Source of the DNA: Candidatus Bathyarchaeota archaeon
GTDB taxonomy: Archaea; Thermoproteota; Bathyarchaeia; TCS64
Direction: 5' to 3'
NCBI GenBank assembly: GCA_043826455.1
Contig: JBDRQD010000006.1
Location: 29,049 to 93,048, forward strand
Length of the DNA stretch: 64,000 bases
The translations under genes and the position numbers were made by a program. Position 1 is the stretch's first letter. The number at the start of each line of letters is the position of its first letter. Under the pieces are notes generated by a model. The model did no database searches. It was not told the DNA's origin and saw nothing but the letters and a program-made list of their open reading frames with translations. Shown here piece after piece: positions 1 through 9,137 of the stretch.

Positions 1-106
1 AGGCCAGGGCCTCGTATACGTCCTCCACGGTTTTGATGAAGTGGCTCTGGGCGAGGATGATGTTGCAGCCCTCGGGCACCTTGAGCTTAACCATTTTCAG
101 CTCCAA
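1..106 (-). CDS. Adenosine-specific kinase family protein (N-terminal part, runs off the window)
   Basis: Own translation of the minus strand gives [35 protein letters not shown]; the [20 protein letters not shown] motif is typical of this family. Confidence 0.75.
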   Translation of the reverse strand, partial: MELKMVKLKVPEGCNIILAQSHFIKTVEDVYEALA

Positions 107-185
107 CGCGTTTCACGCCTGAATCTTGGCGGGCTGCGCTTTTAACTGGTTCGTAATCCATAAGTCTCTGGCCGCGACTGGTTCC

Positions 186-824
186 ATGATGTCTGGGGAC
201 CGCAAGGAACCGGATGACCTGGCCGAGAGGATCACCGGCTGGCACTACAGTCTGGGGTGGGGGGACGGCTCGGACAGCGTGGCACCCTACGTGCCCACCC
301 CCATGAACGTGGTGCACGAGATGCTGAAGCTGGCCAGGGCTGGGCCGGGGGACGTGCTCTACGATCTCGGCTGCGGGGACGGCAGGATCATCCTGGCCGC
401 CGTGGAGGAGTACAACGTGGACAGGGCCGTGGGGTACGAGATTAACCCCCAGATGGCTGAGGCCACCAGGATGAAGGTGTACGATAAGGAGCTACAGGAC
501 CGGATCGCGGTGCTTCAGGCAGACTTTTTCGGGGAGGACCTGTCGGAGGCCTCTGTGGTGACGCTGTACCTGACCACGTCGGGTAACGCCAAGCTGAGGC
601 CTAAGCTGGAGAAGGAGTTGAGGGTGGGGGCCCGGGTGGTTAGCCACGATTTCCCGGTCTCGGACTGGGTTCACAGCCGGGAGGAGGAGCGGTTCTACAT
701 GGTGGGCAGCCACAAGCTGTTTCTGTACGAGATCCCTGAGGCTTACATGCTGGATAAAAAGGCCCCGGAGGGGGACAGCTGGGACCGGCTGCGGCGGATG
801 TTTGAGCGCCGCGACTCCCGTTGA
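186..824 (+). CDS. Class I SAM-dependent methyltransferase
   Basis: APYVPTP, LYDLGCGDGR (motif I), VVTLYL, RVVSHDF; start moved to ATG at 186. Confidence 0.85.
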   Translation: MMSGDRKEPDDLAERITGWHYSLGWGDGSDSVAPYVPTPMNVVHEMLKLARAGPGDVLYDLGCGDGRIILAAVEEYNVDRAVGYEINPQMAEATRMKVYDKELQDRIAVLQADFFGEDLSEASVVTLYLTTSGNAKLRPKLEKELRVGARVVSHDFPVSDWVHSREEERFYMVGSHKLFLYEIPEAYMLDKKAPEGDSWDRLRRMFERRDSR

Positions 825-852
825 CTGTGGCTGTACCTTTCAGGGAAAAATT

Positions 853-1785
853 TTAGTAGACGCCTAGGGCTAGGGCGATGATGGCCATCCTGGCGTAGAT
901 GCCGTGCTTCATCTGCCTGAAGTACCAGGCGTTGGGCAGGTCATCCACGTCGGTGCTGATCTCGTTGACCCTGGGCAGGGGGTGCATGATGGCCACGTCC
1001 TTCTTGCCGTGCTTCTGGACCATCCGTCTGTCCATGATGTAGCTGTCCTTGACCTTGTCGTACTCCTCCTGGCTGGCGAACCGCTCCCGCTGCACACGGG
1101 TCATGTAGACCACGTCCAGCTTGGGCATGGTCTTGGGCAGATCGGATACCTCGACCACCTCTATCTTGTCCTTGACCTCCTCGATGACCTCAGGCTTCAT
1201 CTTCAACGCATCAGGGGCTATGCAGTAGACCTTGACATCATAGTTCCGGAGCGCCTTCAGGAGGCTGTGGACGGTGCGCCCGTTCTTCAGGTCCCCCACC
1301 ATGCCTACGGTGAGGCCGTCGATGCCGCCTTTGGCGTAGCGTATGCAGTGGAGGTCCAGCATGGTCTGGGTGGGATGCTCCCAGGTTCCGCTGCCTCCGT
1401 TGATGTAGGGGACGCTGCTCACCTTGGCTGCGCGGAGGGCGGCGTCGTTGTCGGGGTGCCTCATGGCTATGATGTCTACGTAGTTCATGACGGTGCGTAT
1501 GGTGTCCTCGAAGCTTTCGCCTTTCTTGGCGCTGCTTGTCATGGGGTCGGCCACGGTGGTGACGTTGCCGCCTAGCCTGAACATGGCTGACTCGAAGCTG
1601 AGCCTGGTGCGGGTGCTGGGCTCGAAGAAGAGGCTGGCCAGGACCTTGCCCCGGGCCATGTCCGAGCCCTGCTTCTCTAGGTCCACCATCTCGTCGGCCA
1701 CGTCCAGGATGAAGTCTAGTTGGGCGCGGCTGTAGTCGCTCATGCTGATGAAGTGCTTGCCTTTGAAGTCGGCTTTACTAACCAT
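853..1785 (-). CDS. pyrB: Aspartate carbamoyltransferase catalytic subunit
   Basis: FFEPSTRTRLSFE, HPTQTMLD, GDLKNGRTVHSL, MTRVQRER, MHPLPR. Confidence 0.97.
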   Translation of the reverse strand: MVSKADFKGKHFISMSDYSRAQLDFILDVADEMVDLEKQGSDMARGKVLASLFFEPSTRTRLSFESAMFRLGGNVTTVADPMTSSAKKGESFEDTIRTVMNYVDIIAMRHPDNDAALRAAKVSSVPYINGGSGTWEHPTQTMLDLHCIRYAKGGIDGLTVGMVGDLKNGRTVHSLLKALRNYDVKVYCIAPDALKMKPEVIEEVKDKIEVVEVSDLPKTMPKLDVVYMTRVQRERFASQEEYDKVKDSYIMDRRMVQKHGKKDVAIMHPLPRVNEISTDVDDLPNAWYFRQMKHGIYARMAIIALALGVY

Positions 1786-1889
1786 GGGGATGTTTTGGTT
1801 TGGTGGGGATATATTTGTTGCCGTGGTTGGTTCTCAATTGGACGTTGTGCTCCATAATTTTTATAATATAAATTATGTTACAGTTTATT

Positions 1890-2210
1890 ATGCCGCTGGA
1901 AGACTTCTTGATGCCTGGGGAAAACATCAGGTATTCGAGCGCGTCGCCGGTTGAGTATCAGGGGGCGCAGTACTTTTTCTTGATCACTGACAGGAGGGTT
2001 CTCTGGCACAGGCAGCAGGGACTAGTTTTCAAGAAGGATAATGTAATCTCCGAGAACATAAGCGAGATAGTAGACATGTCCTACTCTGAGAAGGGCCTTG
2101 TCTCGAAGAAGGGAATAGTTAACATCACCACCTCAAGGAAGAAACTCGAGTTTTCGGGTGCGAAGGACTCGATCATGGAGATCTACAAGGAGCTCCAAAA
2201 CTTCATTTAA
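1890..2210 (+). CDS. Small PH-like (bPH) domain protein
   Basis: LMPGENI...FLITDRRVLW...GLV...I..I......GLVSKKGIVNI pattern of prokaryotic PH domains. Confidence 0.6.
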   Translation: MPLEDFLMPGENIRYSSASPVEYQGAQYFFLITDRRVLWHRQQGLVFKKDNVISENISEIVDMSYSEKGLVSKKGIVNITTSRKKLEFSGAKDSIMEIYKELQNFI

Positions 2211-2211
2211 T

Positions 2212-3108
2212 TTATGTGACAGGTTGACCGAGCAGCCCCTGCGGTTTGAAGTACATTGTCAGAGTCATTACGGCTATGGGCACGAGGGGCCTGTACTCGC
2301 CCATCCAGACGCCTATGGTGTGGTTAGCCCACACGATTAGCGTGATTTCAACCACTCCCATGATTAGGCCCCCCACCGCGGCCCCTCTCATGCTTCTCAC
2401 ACCTCCCAGTAGGCACGAGGCCAGGACTCCTGTCATGAGGGTGGTGCCCATTGCTTGGGGCCATACGAACCATATGCTCCCGTAGGCCCCCGCCAGCCCC
2501 GCCAGGCCTCCAGCCAGGGCCCAGGCCCGCCATCTGACCCTGCTCGGGTTGACGCCTTGCACCATTGCTAGATCGGCATCGTCAGCCACGGCCTTAAGGG
2601 AGGCCCCGATGATAGTCCCCTTGAGCAGGCGCTCATGGAACAGAACCGAGACGACGGCGATAACCGTGGATACTATGAATACGCCTGGGACCCACCCCAC
2701 GGTGAAATCGTAATTTGGCAGGCTGAAATACTGAGCATATGCACCGAAGTGGGTCATCAACCAGTACGAGTAGCACTCCACGAGCGTGGACAGTATGATT
2801 CCTGCGGCAATGAGCGCCAGGGTTACATACACGGGGCCCCTGCGCCTCCTCAGCAGGGGCTCGACCACCAATGCGCAGCAGAGGGCGCCTGTCAGCCCGC
2901 AGACAGTGAAGGCTGCGGGTAGGCTCAGGTAGACCTGGGCTCTGAGCACCCTAGCCACGGTGAACCCCGTGTAGGCTCCGATGGCAGCCGTGGGCCCGAT
3001 GGTGAGGTTGAAGGTGTCCGATGTGAGGTATGTGAGGGTGTGGGCCTGGGCCATGAGCACCAGCATGGACGCGTAGATGAGGGTGTTCATGAGTAACGCG
3101 ACGCTCAT
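2212..3108 (-). CDS. Branched-chain amino acid ABC permease (LivH-like), orphan
   Basis: Multi-TM protein; G.SLKAVADDADLAMVQGVN, LAGLAG, LLGGVRSMRGA, KPQGLLG. Confidence 0.8.
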   Translation of the reverse strand: MSVALLMNTLIYASMLVLMAQAHTLTYLTSDTFNLTIGPTAAIGAYTGFTVARVLRAQVYLSLPAAFTVCGLTGALCCALVVEPLLRRRRGPVYVTLALIAAGIILSTLVECYSYWLMTHFGAYAQYFSLPNYDFTVGWVPGVFIVSTVIAVVSVLFHERLLKGTIIGASLKAVADDADLAMVQGVNPSRVRWRAWALAGGLAGLAGAYGSIWFVWPQAMGTTLMTGVLASCLLGGVRSMRGAAVGGLIMGVVEITLIVWANHTIGVWMGEYRPLVPIAVMTLTMYFKPQGLLGQPVT

Positions 3109-3156
3109 ATAAAGATGGAGGCGACAGTAAACGTTTTAACGTTTATGGGGGGCGTT

Positions 3157-4023
3157 TCAGAAGCCCATGCGCCACCCTGCGCCCAGCTCCAAGTAATCCT
3201 CCCCGTAGCTGTCCCTGAAGGCGCTCCGCGCCAGTTCCCCGCTGCAGTGGGTCGGCGCAGCCTTCTCGACCCCCAGGCCCTTGAGCTCGGCCACCAGGCC
3301 GTCCAGGCTGGCCTTGTCCGCGCCGCCCAGGTGGAAGCCGCCGAAGACGAAGCTGACATCCAGGCCCGTCGCCTCCTCGGCCGCCTGGACCAGGTTCTGG
3401 ACCCCCGGGTGGCTGCACCCAGTGATGAGGACCAGCCCCCCGCCAGTGTTAACCATGAGGGCCTGCTCGTCGGGATTAAAGTCCAGCACCCTTGTGGTGG
3501 CCACGCCGGGGCAGATGAGTGTCGCGTTCCACGTCTCCATCAGGGTGGCTCCGCTGTCTCTCACCCTGCTCTTGATGTGGTAGGGGAACGACTCGGGTAG
3601 GTACACCGTCATGTCGCTGTTGGCCTCCAGCACCAGGCCCAGGCCCCCCACGTGGTCCCAGTGCTCGTGGCTCAGCACCAGGTAGTCGACCTCAGCAAGG
3701 TCGACGCCCAAAGCCTCCACGTTGTGGGCCAGCACCTCGGGGTCTCCCCCCGTGTCGAAGAGAACAGTGTCGTCCCCCAGCTCAACCAGGCAGCTGAAAC
3801 CCCACTCTGTGGCGCAGCTTCCGTTGAAAGGTATGTTATCGTAGAGGATGGTGAACCGGCCGCTACGCTCAACCAGGGCTAGGGCTGTCTCTCCTTCGCC
3901 GGCCTGGTCCCAGCCCAGGAGACCCGGAGCCAGAAAGTAACCCGCGACGGCTGCGGCGACCACGAGGGCGAAGCCCGCCACCCATCTACCGTTGAGCCTC
4001 ATAAACCAGACATAAGCGGCCAT
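3157..4023 (-). CDS. MBL-fold metallo-hydrolase with N-terminal membrane anchor
   Basis: EWGFS, LFDTG, LSHEHWDHVGG, ITGCSHPG, FGGFHL, PTHCSG; hydrophobic N-terminal segment. Confidence 0.85.
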   Translation of the reverse strand: MAAYVWFMRLNGRWVAGFALVVAAAVAGYFLAPGLLGWDQAGEGETALALVERSGRFTILYDNIPFNGSCATEWGFSCLVELGDDTVLFDTGGDPEVLAHNVEALGVDLAEVDYLVLSHEHWDHVGGLGLVLEANSDMTVYLPESFPYHIKSRVRDSGATLMETWNATLICPGVATTRVLDFNPDEQALMVNTGGGLVLITGCSHPGVQNLVQAAEEATGLDVSFVFGGFHLGGADKASLDGLVAELKGLGVEKAAPTHCSGELARSAFRDSYGEDYLELGAGWRMGF

Positions 4024-4081
4024 TCATTAAAGGGCATTCAATGAACCGTCTTTGGGTGTAAAGACGCGTCTTGACAGGTGA

Positions 4082-4516
4082 CTAAGTCTCAGGGTAGAGC
4101 CCTATTTCTCTAAGGAACTCTCTGAAGGAGGGCGTCAGGTCTATCCCCAGGAAATCCGCCGGCTCCACCCACCTGGCCTCCAGGGCATCATCCATGGCAG
4201 TGGCCTCGCCCTCCATGACCCTAGCCAGCAGCTGAACTATGATGAAGTGGTACCGGACCCGCCCCTCGTCGTCCCTGACGATCTTGTCCACCACACCGAT
4301 CCTGTCCACCACCTCCACCCTGAGCCCCGTCTCCTCCAGCGCCTCACGAACCGCCGCGTCCCTGACCCTCTCCCCCACCTCCACCAGGCCACCGGGCACC
4401 GTCCACAGCCCAGCGTCAGGCTCGGCCCCCCTCCTGATGAGCAGAAACTTGCCGTTCCTCTCGATGAGGATGCCTACGCCCACGATGGGCCTCTCAGGGT
4501 AAAGCCTGCCAGACAT
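4082..4516 (-). CDS. NUDIX hydrolase
   Basis: Nudix box PGGLVEVGERVRDAAVREALEETGL; start at ATG 4516. Confidence 0.92.
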   Translation of the reverse strand: MSGRLYPERPIVGVGILIERNGKFLLIRRGAEPDAGLWTVPGGLVEVGERVRDAAVREALEETGLRVEVVDRIGVVDKIVRDDEGRVRYHFIIVQLLARVMEGEATAMDDALEARWVEPADFLGIDLTPSFREFLREIGLYPET

Positions 4517-4546
4517 ACAGCTTAATTGCAGCACCCAGCAGCTTAT

Positions 4547-6067
4547 TTAGTCGTCGGCCACCTGCTCCCGCCCCGCGGCCTCCATGTGGATGAACCTGCT
4601 CATGGGCGTGCTCAAGCTGCTAGCTGGGTACACCTCAGGCAGCACTTTCACCCAAATGGGGAACCTGCACCTGAGCGCCGTCCCCTTAACTATGGCTTCA
4701 CCCGGCGGAAGGTAGCCTATGAGCTCAGCGAACTCGGCCCCCATGATCTCAGCCATCCTCGCCTTATCAACGTCCTCCAGGCTGTGACACACCACGTTAT
4801 TCGCACACTGGGTCACCACCGTCTTCTCCACGGTGCTCAGCCTCTGGGTCACCGCCCACAGCCCCACACCGTTCCTGCCGCCATTAGTCGCGATCTCCTT
4901 GATGACCCCCAGCAGCTTGCCCCTGCTCTCCTTCTCACCGATCTCAAAGACGCCCCGCTGAGGGGCATAGTACATGGCCTCCTCCAAGACGATGATGCAC
5001 CCGAACTTGCGGTTCTCCAGGGCCTCCCCGAAGATGCGGCGCAGAACCTGGGCCACCACCAGGTGCTTCTGGTCCCAGGTGTCCTTCCCGGCGCTCAGGT
5101 CCATGATCACCACGTGCCTGTCCCGGAGCAGCTCCACCGGGTCCAGGGTCTCCATGTCCCCGTCCGGGATCAGTCGGCTGATGCCCACGCTGTTCACCAC
5201 CTGCATCCTGTACGCCTCGAACTCCTCCGGCTTCTTGTTGAACCCCAGCCTCTCCAGGTGAACCTGATCCAGTGCCCTGCGCAGGTTCGCCTTGGTCACC
5301 GTCGCCTGCTGCGCGTACAGAATCTTCAGGGCGTGGATGAGTATCTTGGCGTTCCACCAAGTCTTCTGCCACCCGAACTCCGCCACGTAGTCCTCCCAGG
5401 GGATGCCCCCTGGCTCGAAGAACCTGCTCCAGGGGACACGCAGAACCTTGTCTGAGCCGAGACGCTCCTGTAGGCTGCTGTACTCCCCGTCCTTATCCAC
5501 TATGAAGAAGCGGACTGGGGGGTCCGCAGCAGCGGCTCTAGCCACCATGGTCACCGCCGTGGTGGTCTTCCCCGTCCCCACCGCCCCACATATCAGGCAG
5601 CTCTGCCGGATCAAGCTGTACATCCCCAGCTCCACGTCTAGGTCCGTCCCTGGGTCCGTCCCCAGCAGTATCCTCCAGTCGCCGCTGGGCTTGGTGAACT
5701 GGGCGATGACATCCCTCTCGGCCAGGTACACGGGCGTGTTCGGCTGAAGCGGATACCTCAACGGCCTGAGGCTGCCCCCCTCATCCATCCACCCCCACTG
5801 GTACGCCTGAGCATGAAGCGTGCTATCCTCAAAGTCGTTGATGACTCTGCCGTCCCTGAGGAGGGCCTCCTCGTACTCCCTGACCCGCTTATGGGGGTAC
5901 ACCCGGGTCACCTGGTAAACCACGGGGCACCCGTTCTTAGGGTGCTCCATGTACACTAGGTCGCCCTTGGCCAGCTCCAGGCCCCTGAGGAGCAGCACAG
6001 TGATCTCGCTGATGCCGTACTCGCCCGTGGCGCTGTACGTGTGCCCGACCCTCAGCCCACCATCCAC
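4547..6067 (-). CDS. HerA/FtsK-family ATPase (HerA-like)
   Basis: N-terminal HAS-barrel-like region, Walker A GAVGTGKT, IVDKDGEY, Walker B IIVLEEA, TQR motif, LPPGEA. Confidence 0.85.
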   Translation of the reverse strand: MDGGLRVGHTYSATGEYGISEITVLLLRGLELAKGDLVYMEHPKNGCPVVYQVTRVYPHKRVREYEEALLRDGRVINDFEDSTLHAQAYQWGWMDEGGSLRPLRYPLQPNTPVYLAERDVIAQFTKPSGDWRILLGTDPGTDLDVELGMYSLIRQSCLICGAVGTGKTTTAVTMVARAAAADPPVRFFIVDKDGEYSSLQERLGSDKVLRVPWSRFFEPGGIPWEDYVAEFGWQKTWWNAKILIHALKILYAQQATVTKANLRRALDQVHLERLGFNKKPEEFEAYRMQVVNSVGISRLIPDGDMETLDPVELLRDRHVVIMDLSAGKDTWDQKHLVVAQVLRRIFGEALENRKFGCIIVLEEAMYYAPQRGVFEIGEKESRGKLLGVIKEIATNGGRNGVGLWAVTQRLSTVEKTVVTQCANNVVCHSLEDVDKARMAEIMGAEFAELIGYLPPGEAIVKGTALRCRFPIWVKVLPEVYPASSLSTPMSRFIHMEAAGREQVADD

Positions 6068-7107
6068 TCGCCCTCACCCCAGTACGGCGCCAGCGGAGAA
6101 ACGTCCCCCGTCTCCCGGCCCACCCTGCTTATTATCTCGCTGAAAACGTCGCCGATGAAGCGGCGGCTCACCTTCACCTCTTCGTCGGCCCGGACGATGG
6201 GCAGCGGTATCCCGCTCCAGATGCTGGTCGCGTAGCAGTAGTCGGCCACGTCGTCCACGGCCCCCAGGCAGAACGCGGGGAGGTCCACCCTGATGGGGGG
6301 GAGGTCCCACTCCTGGGTCAGCCGACAGTAGAACCCGTACACGGGCTCCTGAACCACGTCCATCATCTGGCTCCCCCGGGATGCCATCCGCATCGCCGTC
6401 CGGGGGCTGAAGATGTCTGTGCGCTCCCCTGGCATCAGTGTCTGGTGCATCAGGTAGCTGTCACTCAGGTCCGTCTCGGCGCCCAGCCCCAGGTAGTGAA
6501 CCAGGTACCGGGCGCTGGGTCGCTTCACCACCCCGGCCACCGTCACCCCCCGGTCCCTGCACACCCTGAGTAGCCCGTTCAGGGCGTCCACCAGCCGCCG
6601 CCTGTCCTCCTCGCAGCCGGCGGCCCCCCACCAGCCGCTCAGCGCCAGGGGCCCGTCCACCAGCATGAGCTCCACCTCGCCGCCCCCTAGCAGGAACTCC
6701 CTGGCGGTCTCGTAGAGCCTGGCCTCCCGGCGTAGGTTCACCGACCCTGCGAAGCCCACGCCCACCGAGTAGGGCTCGCACATGCTTTCGGGGGGCAGGT
6801 AGAAGCGGCCTCCCTGGGGAAGCGTGTAGACCAGGGCGCTGATTACCGCGTACTGCCTGGAGGCCATGGGTATCACCTGGCTCCCCGCGTCCACACCAGC
6901 CACCCACGTGTACGCCTCCCGCTTCCTTAGAGGCACCACATCCATCTCGCTCCTGATACGCTCCGCCAGCTCCCTGACCAGCGGGGCCTCGGTCAGCACG
7001 TCTCCCGTGATCTCGGCCAGGAGCAGGTTCCTTATGCTGAGGCTGAGGCTTTCGGCCTGCGGCCTGGGATCAGCCAGCTCCCCCCGTTCCTTAACCGCGA
7101 GCACCAT
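6052..7107 (-). CDS. NurA-family nuclease
   Basis: VAGVDAGS, LMLVDGPL, GVVKR and GIPLPIVRAD motifs; overlaps the herA-like start. Confidence 0.8.
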   Translation of the reverse strand: MVLAVKERGELADPRPQAESLSLSIRNLLLAEITGDVLTEAPLVRELAERIRSEMDVVPLRKREAYTWVAGVDAGSQVIPMASRQYAVISALVYTLPQGGRFYLPPESMCEPYSVGVGFAGSVNLRREARLYETAREFLLGGGEVELMLVDGPLALSGWWGAAGCEEDRRRLVDALNGLLRVCRDRGVTVAGVVKRPSARYLVHYLGLGAETDLSDSYLMHQTLMPGERTDIFSPRTAMRMASRGSQMMDVVQEPVYGFYCRLTQEWDLPPIRVDLPAFCLGAVDDVADYCYATSIWSGIPLPIVRADEEVKVSRRFIGDVFSEIISRVGRETGDVSPLAPYWGEGEWMVG

Positions 7108-7306
7108 GATACCACGTCCGTTGAAACCGTTGACGTACAACACTTTTTTTCCACCGTATTTAACCCTTGCGATCGCTTTGAGCGTAATTTCTGATAAACC
7201 AGGTTTTATTTATATACTCAGAAATTAAGACGCTCGCCCATCTATGTCTATCAATGTAAAAACGCATGGACCCCAAAAGTAAAGTTAAATACCACTTTAC
7301 ATAGAT

Positions 7307-7567
7307 ATGACAACTAGAAAGATGAGTAAGAACCAGAGCCTAAAGGACACCATTTTCAAGGAGTTTCTCAGGAACCCGGCCCTTGGGCCCACCGAGATGG
7401 CGGAGAAGCTGGGCGCCAACTACAACAGCGTAAAGGCTGCTTTCGCCAAGCTCGCCGAGGAGGGACTCCTCGAGCGCTCAGGCAGAGGTAACTACGAGCC
7501 CAGCGTCCCGGGCATCCTCCTCAACCTCATGGCCCGCGTGGAGGCCCTGGAGACGAAGGCACCATGA
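7307..7567 (+). CDS. Small winged helix-turn-helix protein (1 of 5)
   Basis: GPTEMAEKLGANYNSVKAAFAKLAEEGLLERSGRGNY. Confidence 0.8.
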   Translation: MTTRKMSKNQSLKDTIFKEFLRNPALGPTEMAEKLGANYNSVKAAFAKLAEEGLLERSGRGNYEPSVPGILLNLMARVEALETKAP

Positions 7568-7824
7568 GCGAGACCTGGGACAAGGTCCTCAAGGACGTCT
7601 CACCCACCACCAGCCAGTTCAAGGTCCTAGTCTACCTGGCCTTCCGGGGCCCCAGCCAGCCCAGCGACATCAGCAGCGAAACGGGCATAGCCCCAGGCAC
7701 CGTACGGCCAGCCCTTCGCACCCTCCTGGACAAGGGCTACGTGGCCCAGCAGGAGGACGGCAGCTACAGGAGCCTCGTCCCCTTCACAGACGTCGTCTCC
7801 CACCTGTACGCGGCTCAGAAGTAG
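7564..7824 (+). CDS. Small winged helix-turn-helix protein (2 of 5)
   Basis: QPSDISSETGIAPGTVRPALRTLLDKGYV...GSY; ATGA overlap with the upstream gene. Confidence 0.8.
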   Translation: MSETWDKVLKDVSPTTSQFKVLVYLAFRGPSQPSDISSETGIAPGTVRPALRTLLDKGYVAQQEDGSYRSLVPFTDVVSHLYAAQK

Positions 7825-7838
7825 CCGGAGGAAAAGCC

Positions 7839-8090
7839 GTGGGTTCCGAGGAGCTCGAGGGCCTGAAGCGGGCGGACAGCCAGAGGGACGTCTTCCTCAT
7901 GTTGGTCCAAGGCGGAGAACCCATGAGTAGCCAGGAGATAGCCGACAAGCTTGGGCTCACGGTGAACGCCGTCAACATTGCCCTCTTCAACCTCAACAAG
8001 AAGGAGCTCGTTGAGCGGGTGAGCCGAGGCGTATACAGGTACCGGCTCGGCCCCATCCTGGTGGAGCTCCTGAAAAAGTACTTCGAGTGA
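7839..8090 (+). CDS. Small winged helix-turn-helix protein (3 of 5)
   Basis: MSSQEIADKLGLTVNAVNIALFNLNKKELVERVSRGVY; GGAGG SD-like sequence upstream. Confidence 0.8.
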   Translation: MGSEELEGLKRADSQRDVFLMLVQGGEPMSSQEIADKLGLTVNAVNIALFNLNKKELVERVSRGVYRYRLGPILVELLKKYFE

Positions 8091-8344
8091 CCCGCATGAA
8101 GCTGGATGAGTTGGACCCCGAGACCTCGGCCTTCAAGATACTGGTCCACCTCACCTTCCGGGGCCAGCCCATGAAGCCGATAGACATCAGCAGGGAGCTG
8201 GGGGAGAACAGCAGCAGCGTCCGGGCTAGGCTCGCCGAGCTCAAGCGGGACGGCCTGGTGGACTCCACCGGTGACGGGTACGTGGCTCTCACCACCACTT
8301 ACGACATCTTGATGAAACTTTATAGACAACCAAAGGAAAAGTAG
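8087..8344 (+). CDS. Small winged helix-turn-helix protein (4 of 5)
   Basis: MKPIDISRELGENSSSVRARLAELKRDGLV..GDGY; GTGA overlap with the upstream gene. Confidence 0.8.
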   Translation: MTRMKLDELDPETSAFKILVHLTFRGQPMKPIDISRELGENSSSVRARLAELKRDGLVDSTGDGYVALTTTYDILMKLYRQPKEK

Positions 8345-8355
8345 GGTGAAGTAGA

Positions 8356-8673
8356 TTGTCTGAACAGCAACTGGGGGAGATGAAGGAGAAGATGGAGACC
8401 TTAGTAGGGCTGCAACGGGCGCCCAGCCAGTTCATGGTCTTCTACCACCTGCTCGGCACCTCCAAGACCATGACGGTGAAGGAGATCAGCGACGAACTGG
8501 TTCTCACCCCCAAGGCCACGGAGAGGGCCGTAGCCAAGCTCCTGGAGAAGGACATGATCCAGAGGAGCCCCTTCCGGGACGGCGGCTACAACGTGGACGC
8601 CAAGGGCGTCACGTTGATGCTGCTGGTAACCACCATGGAGCTATACCAGGAGCAAAAGAAGAAGAAAGGCTAG
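8356..8673 (+). CDS. Small winged helix-turn-helix protein (5 of 5)
   Basis: MTVKEISDELVLTPKATERAVAKLLEKDMIQR...GGY. Confidence 0.75.
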   Translation: MSEQQLGEMKEKMETLVGLQRAPSQFMVFYHLLGTSKTMTVKEISDELVLTPKATERAVAKLLEKDMIQRSPFRDGGYNVDAKGVTLMLLVTTMELYQEQKKKKG

Positions 8674-9137
8674 TCCCGGCCGAGCCTGGGGAGGACCTCC
8701 TCCTCGACCCACCTGACGCCCTTCATGGTGAGCCTGTACGCGCTACCCTTACCCTCCGGCTGGAACACGTGGCCTCTGCGCCTCATCTCGTGGAGCCTTG
8801 CAGCCACCGTGATCTTCTTGCCGCTGCTGGCCAGCCGGTCCCGAATCGCCTTGCCAGTGGCCTCATGGTTCCTCATGGCGTACATTATCAGGCCCACGGC
8901 CTCATAGTGGCTCAGCTCCTCCCGCGTCACGATCGTCGGCCCATCTCGGCCCACCCTCACGATGCCCTCCAGGACATCCTCGGCCTCCGCCGCGGCCACC
9001 TCGGCTAACCTGCCCTGGACAGCGGCCACGAACTCCCCGGTGAGCCAGCCCAGCCCCTCCATGACCTCCTCCGGGGACCCTCCTGAGACCTCCAGTTCAC
9101 CGTACCCGGTCTTGACCCGCACCTTAAGCCGTGGCAA
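8670..9137 (-). CDS. Two-domain protein: N-terminal beta-hairpin/helix plus C-terminal wHTH
   Basis: C-terminal TVAARLHEMRRRGHVF...YRLTMKGVRWV; N-terminus resembles that of the neighbouring gene. Confidence 0.65.
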   Translation of the reverse strand: MPRLKVRVKTGYGELEVSGGSPEEVMEGLGWLTGEFVAAVQGRLAEVAAAEAEDVLEGIVRVGRDGPTIVTREELSHYEAVGLIMYAMRNHEATGKAIRDRLASSGKKITVAARLHEMRRRGHVFQPEGKGSAYRLTMKGVRWVEEEVLPRLGRD

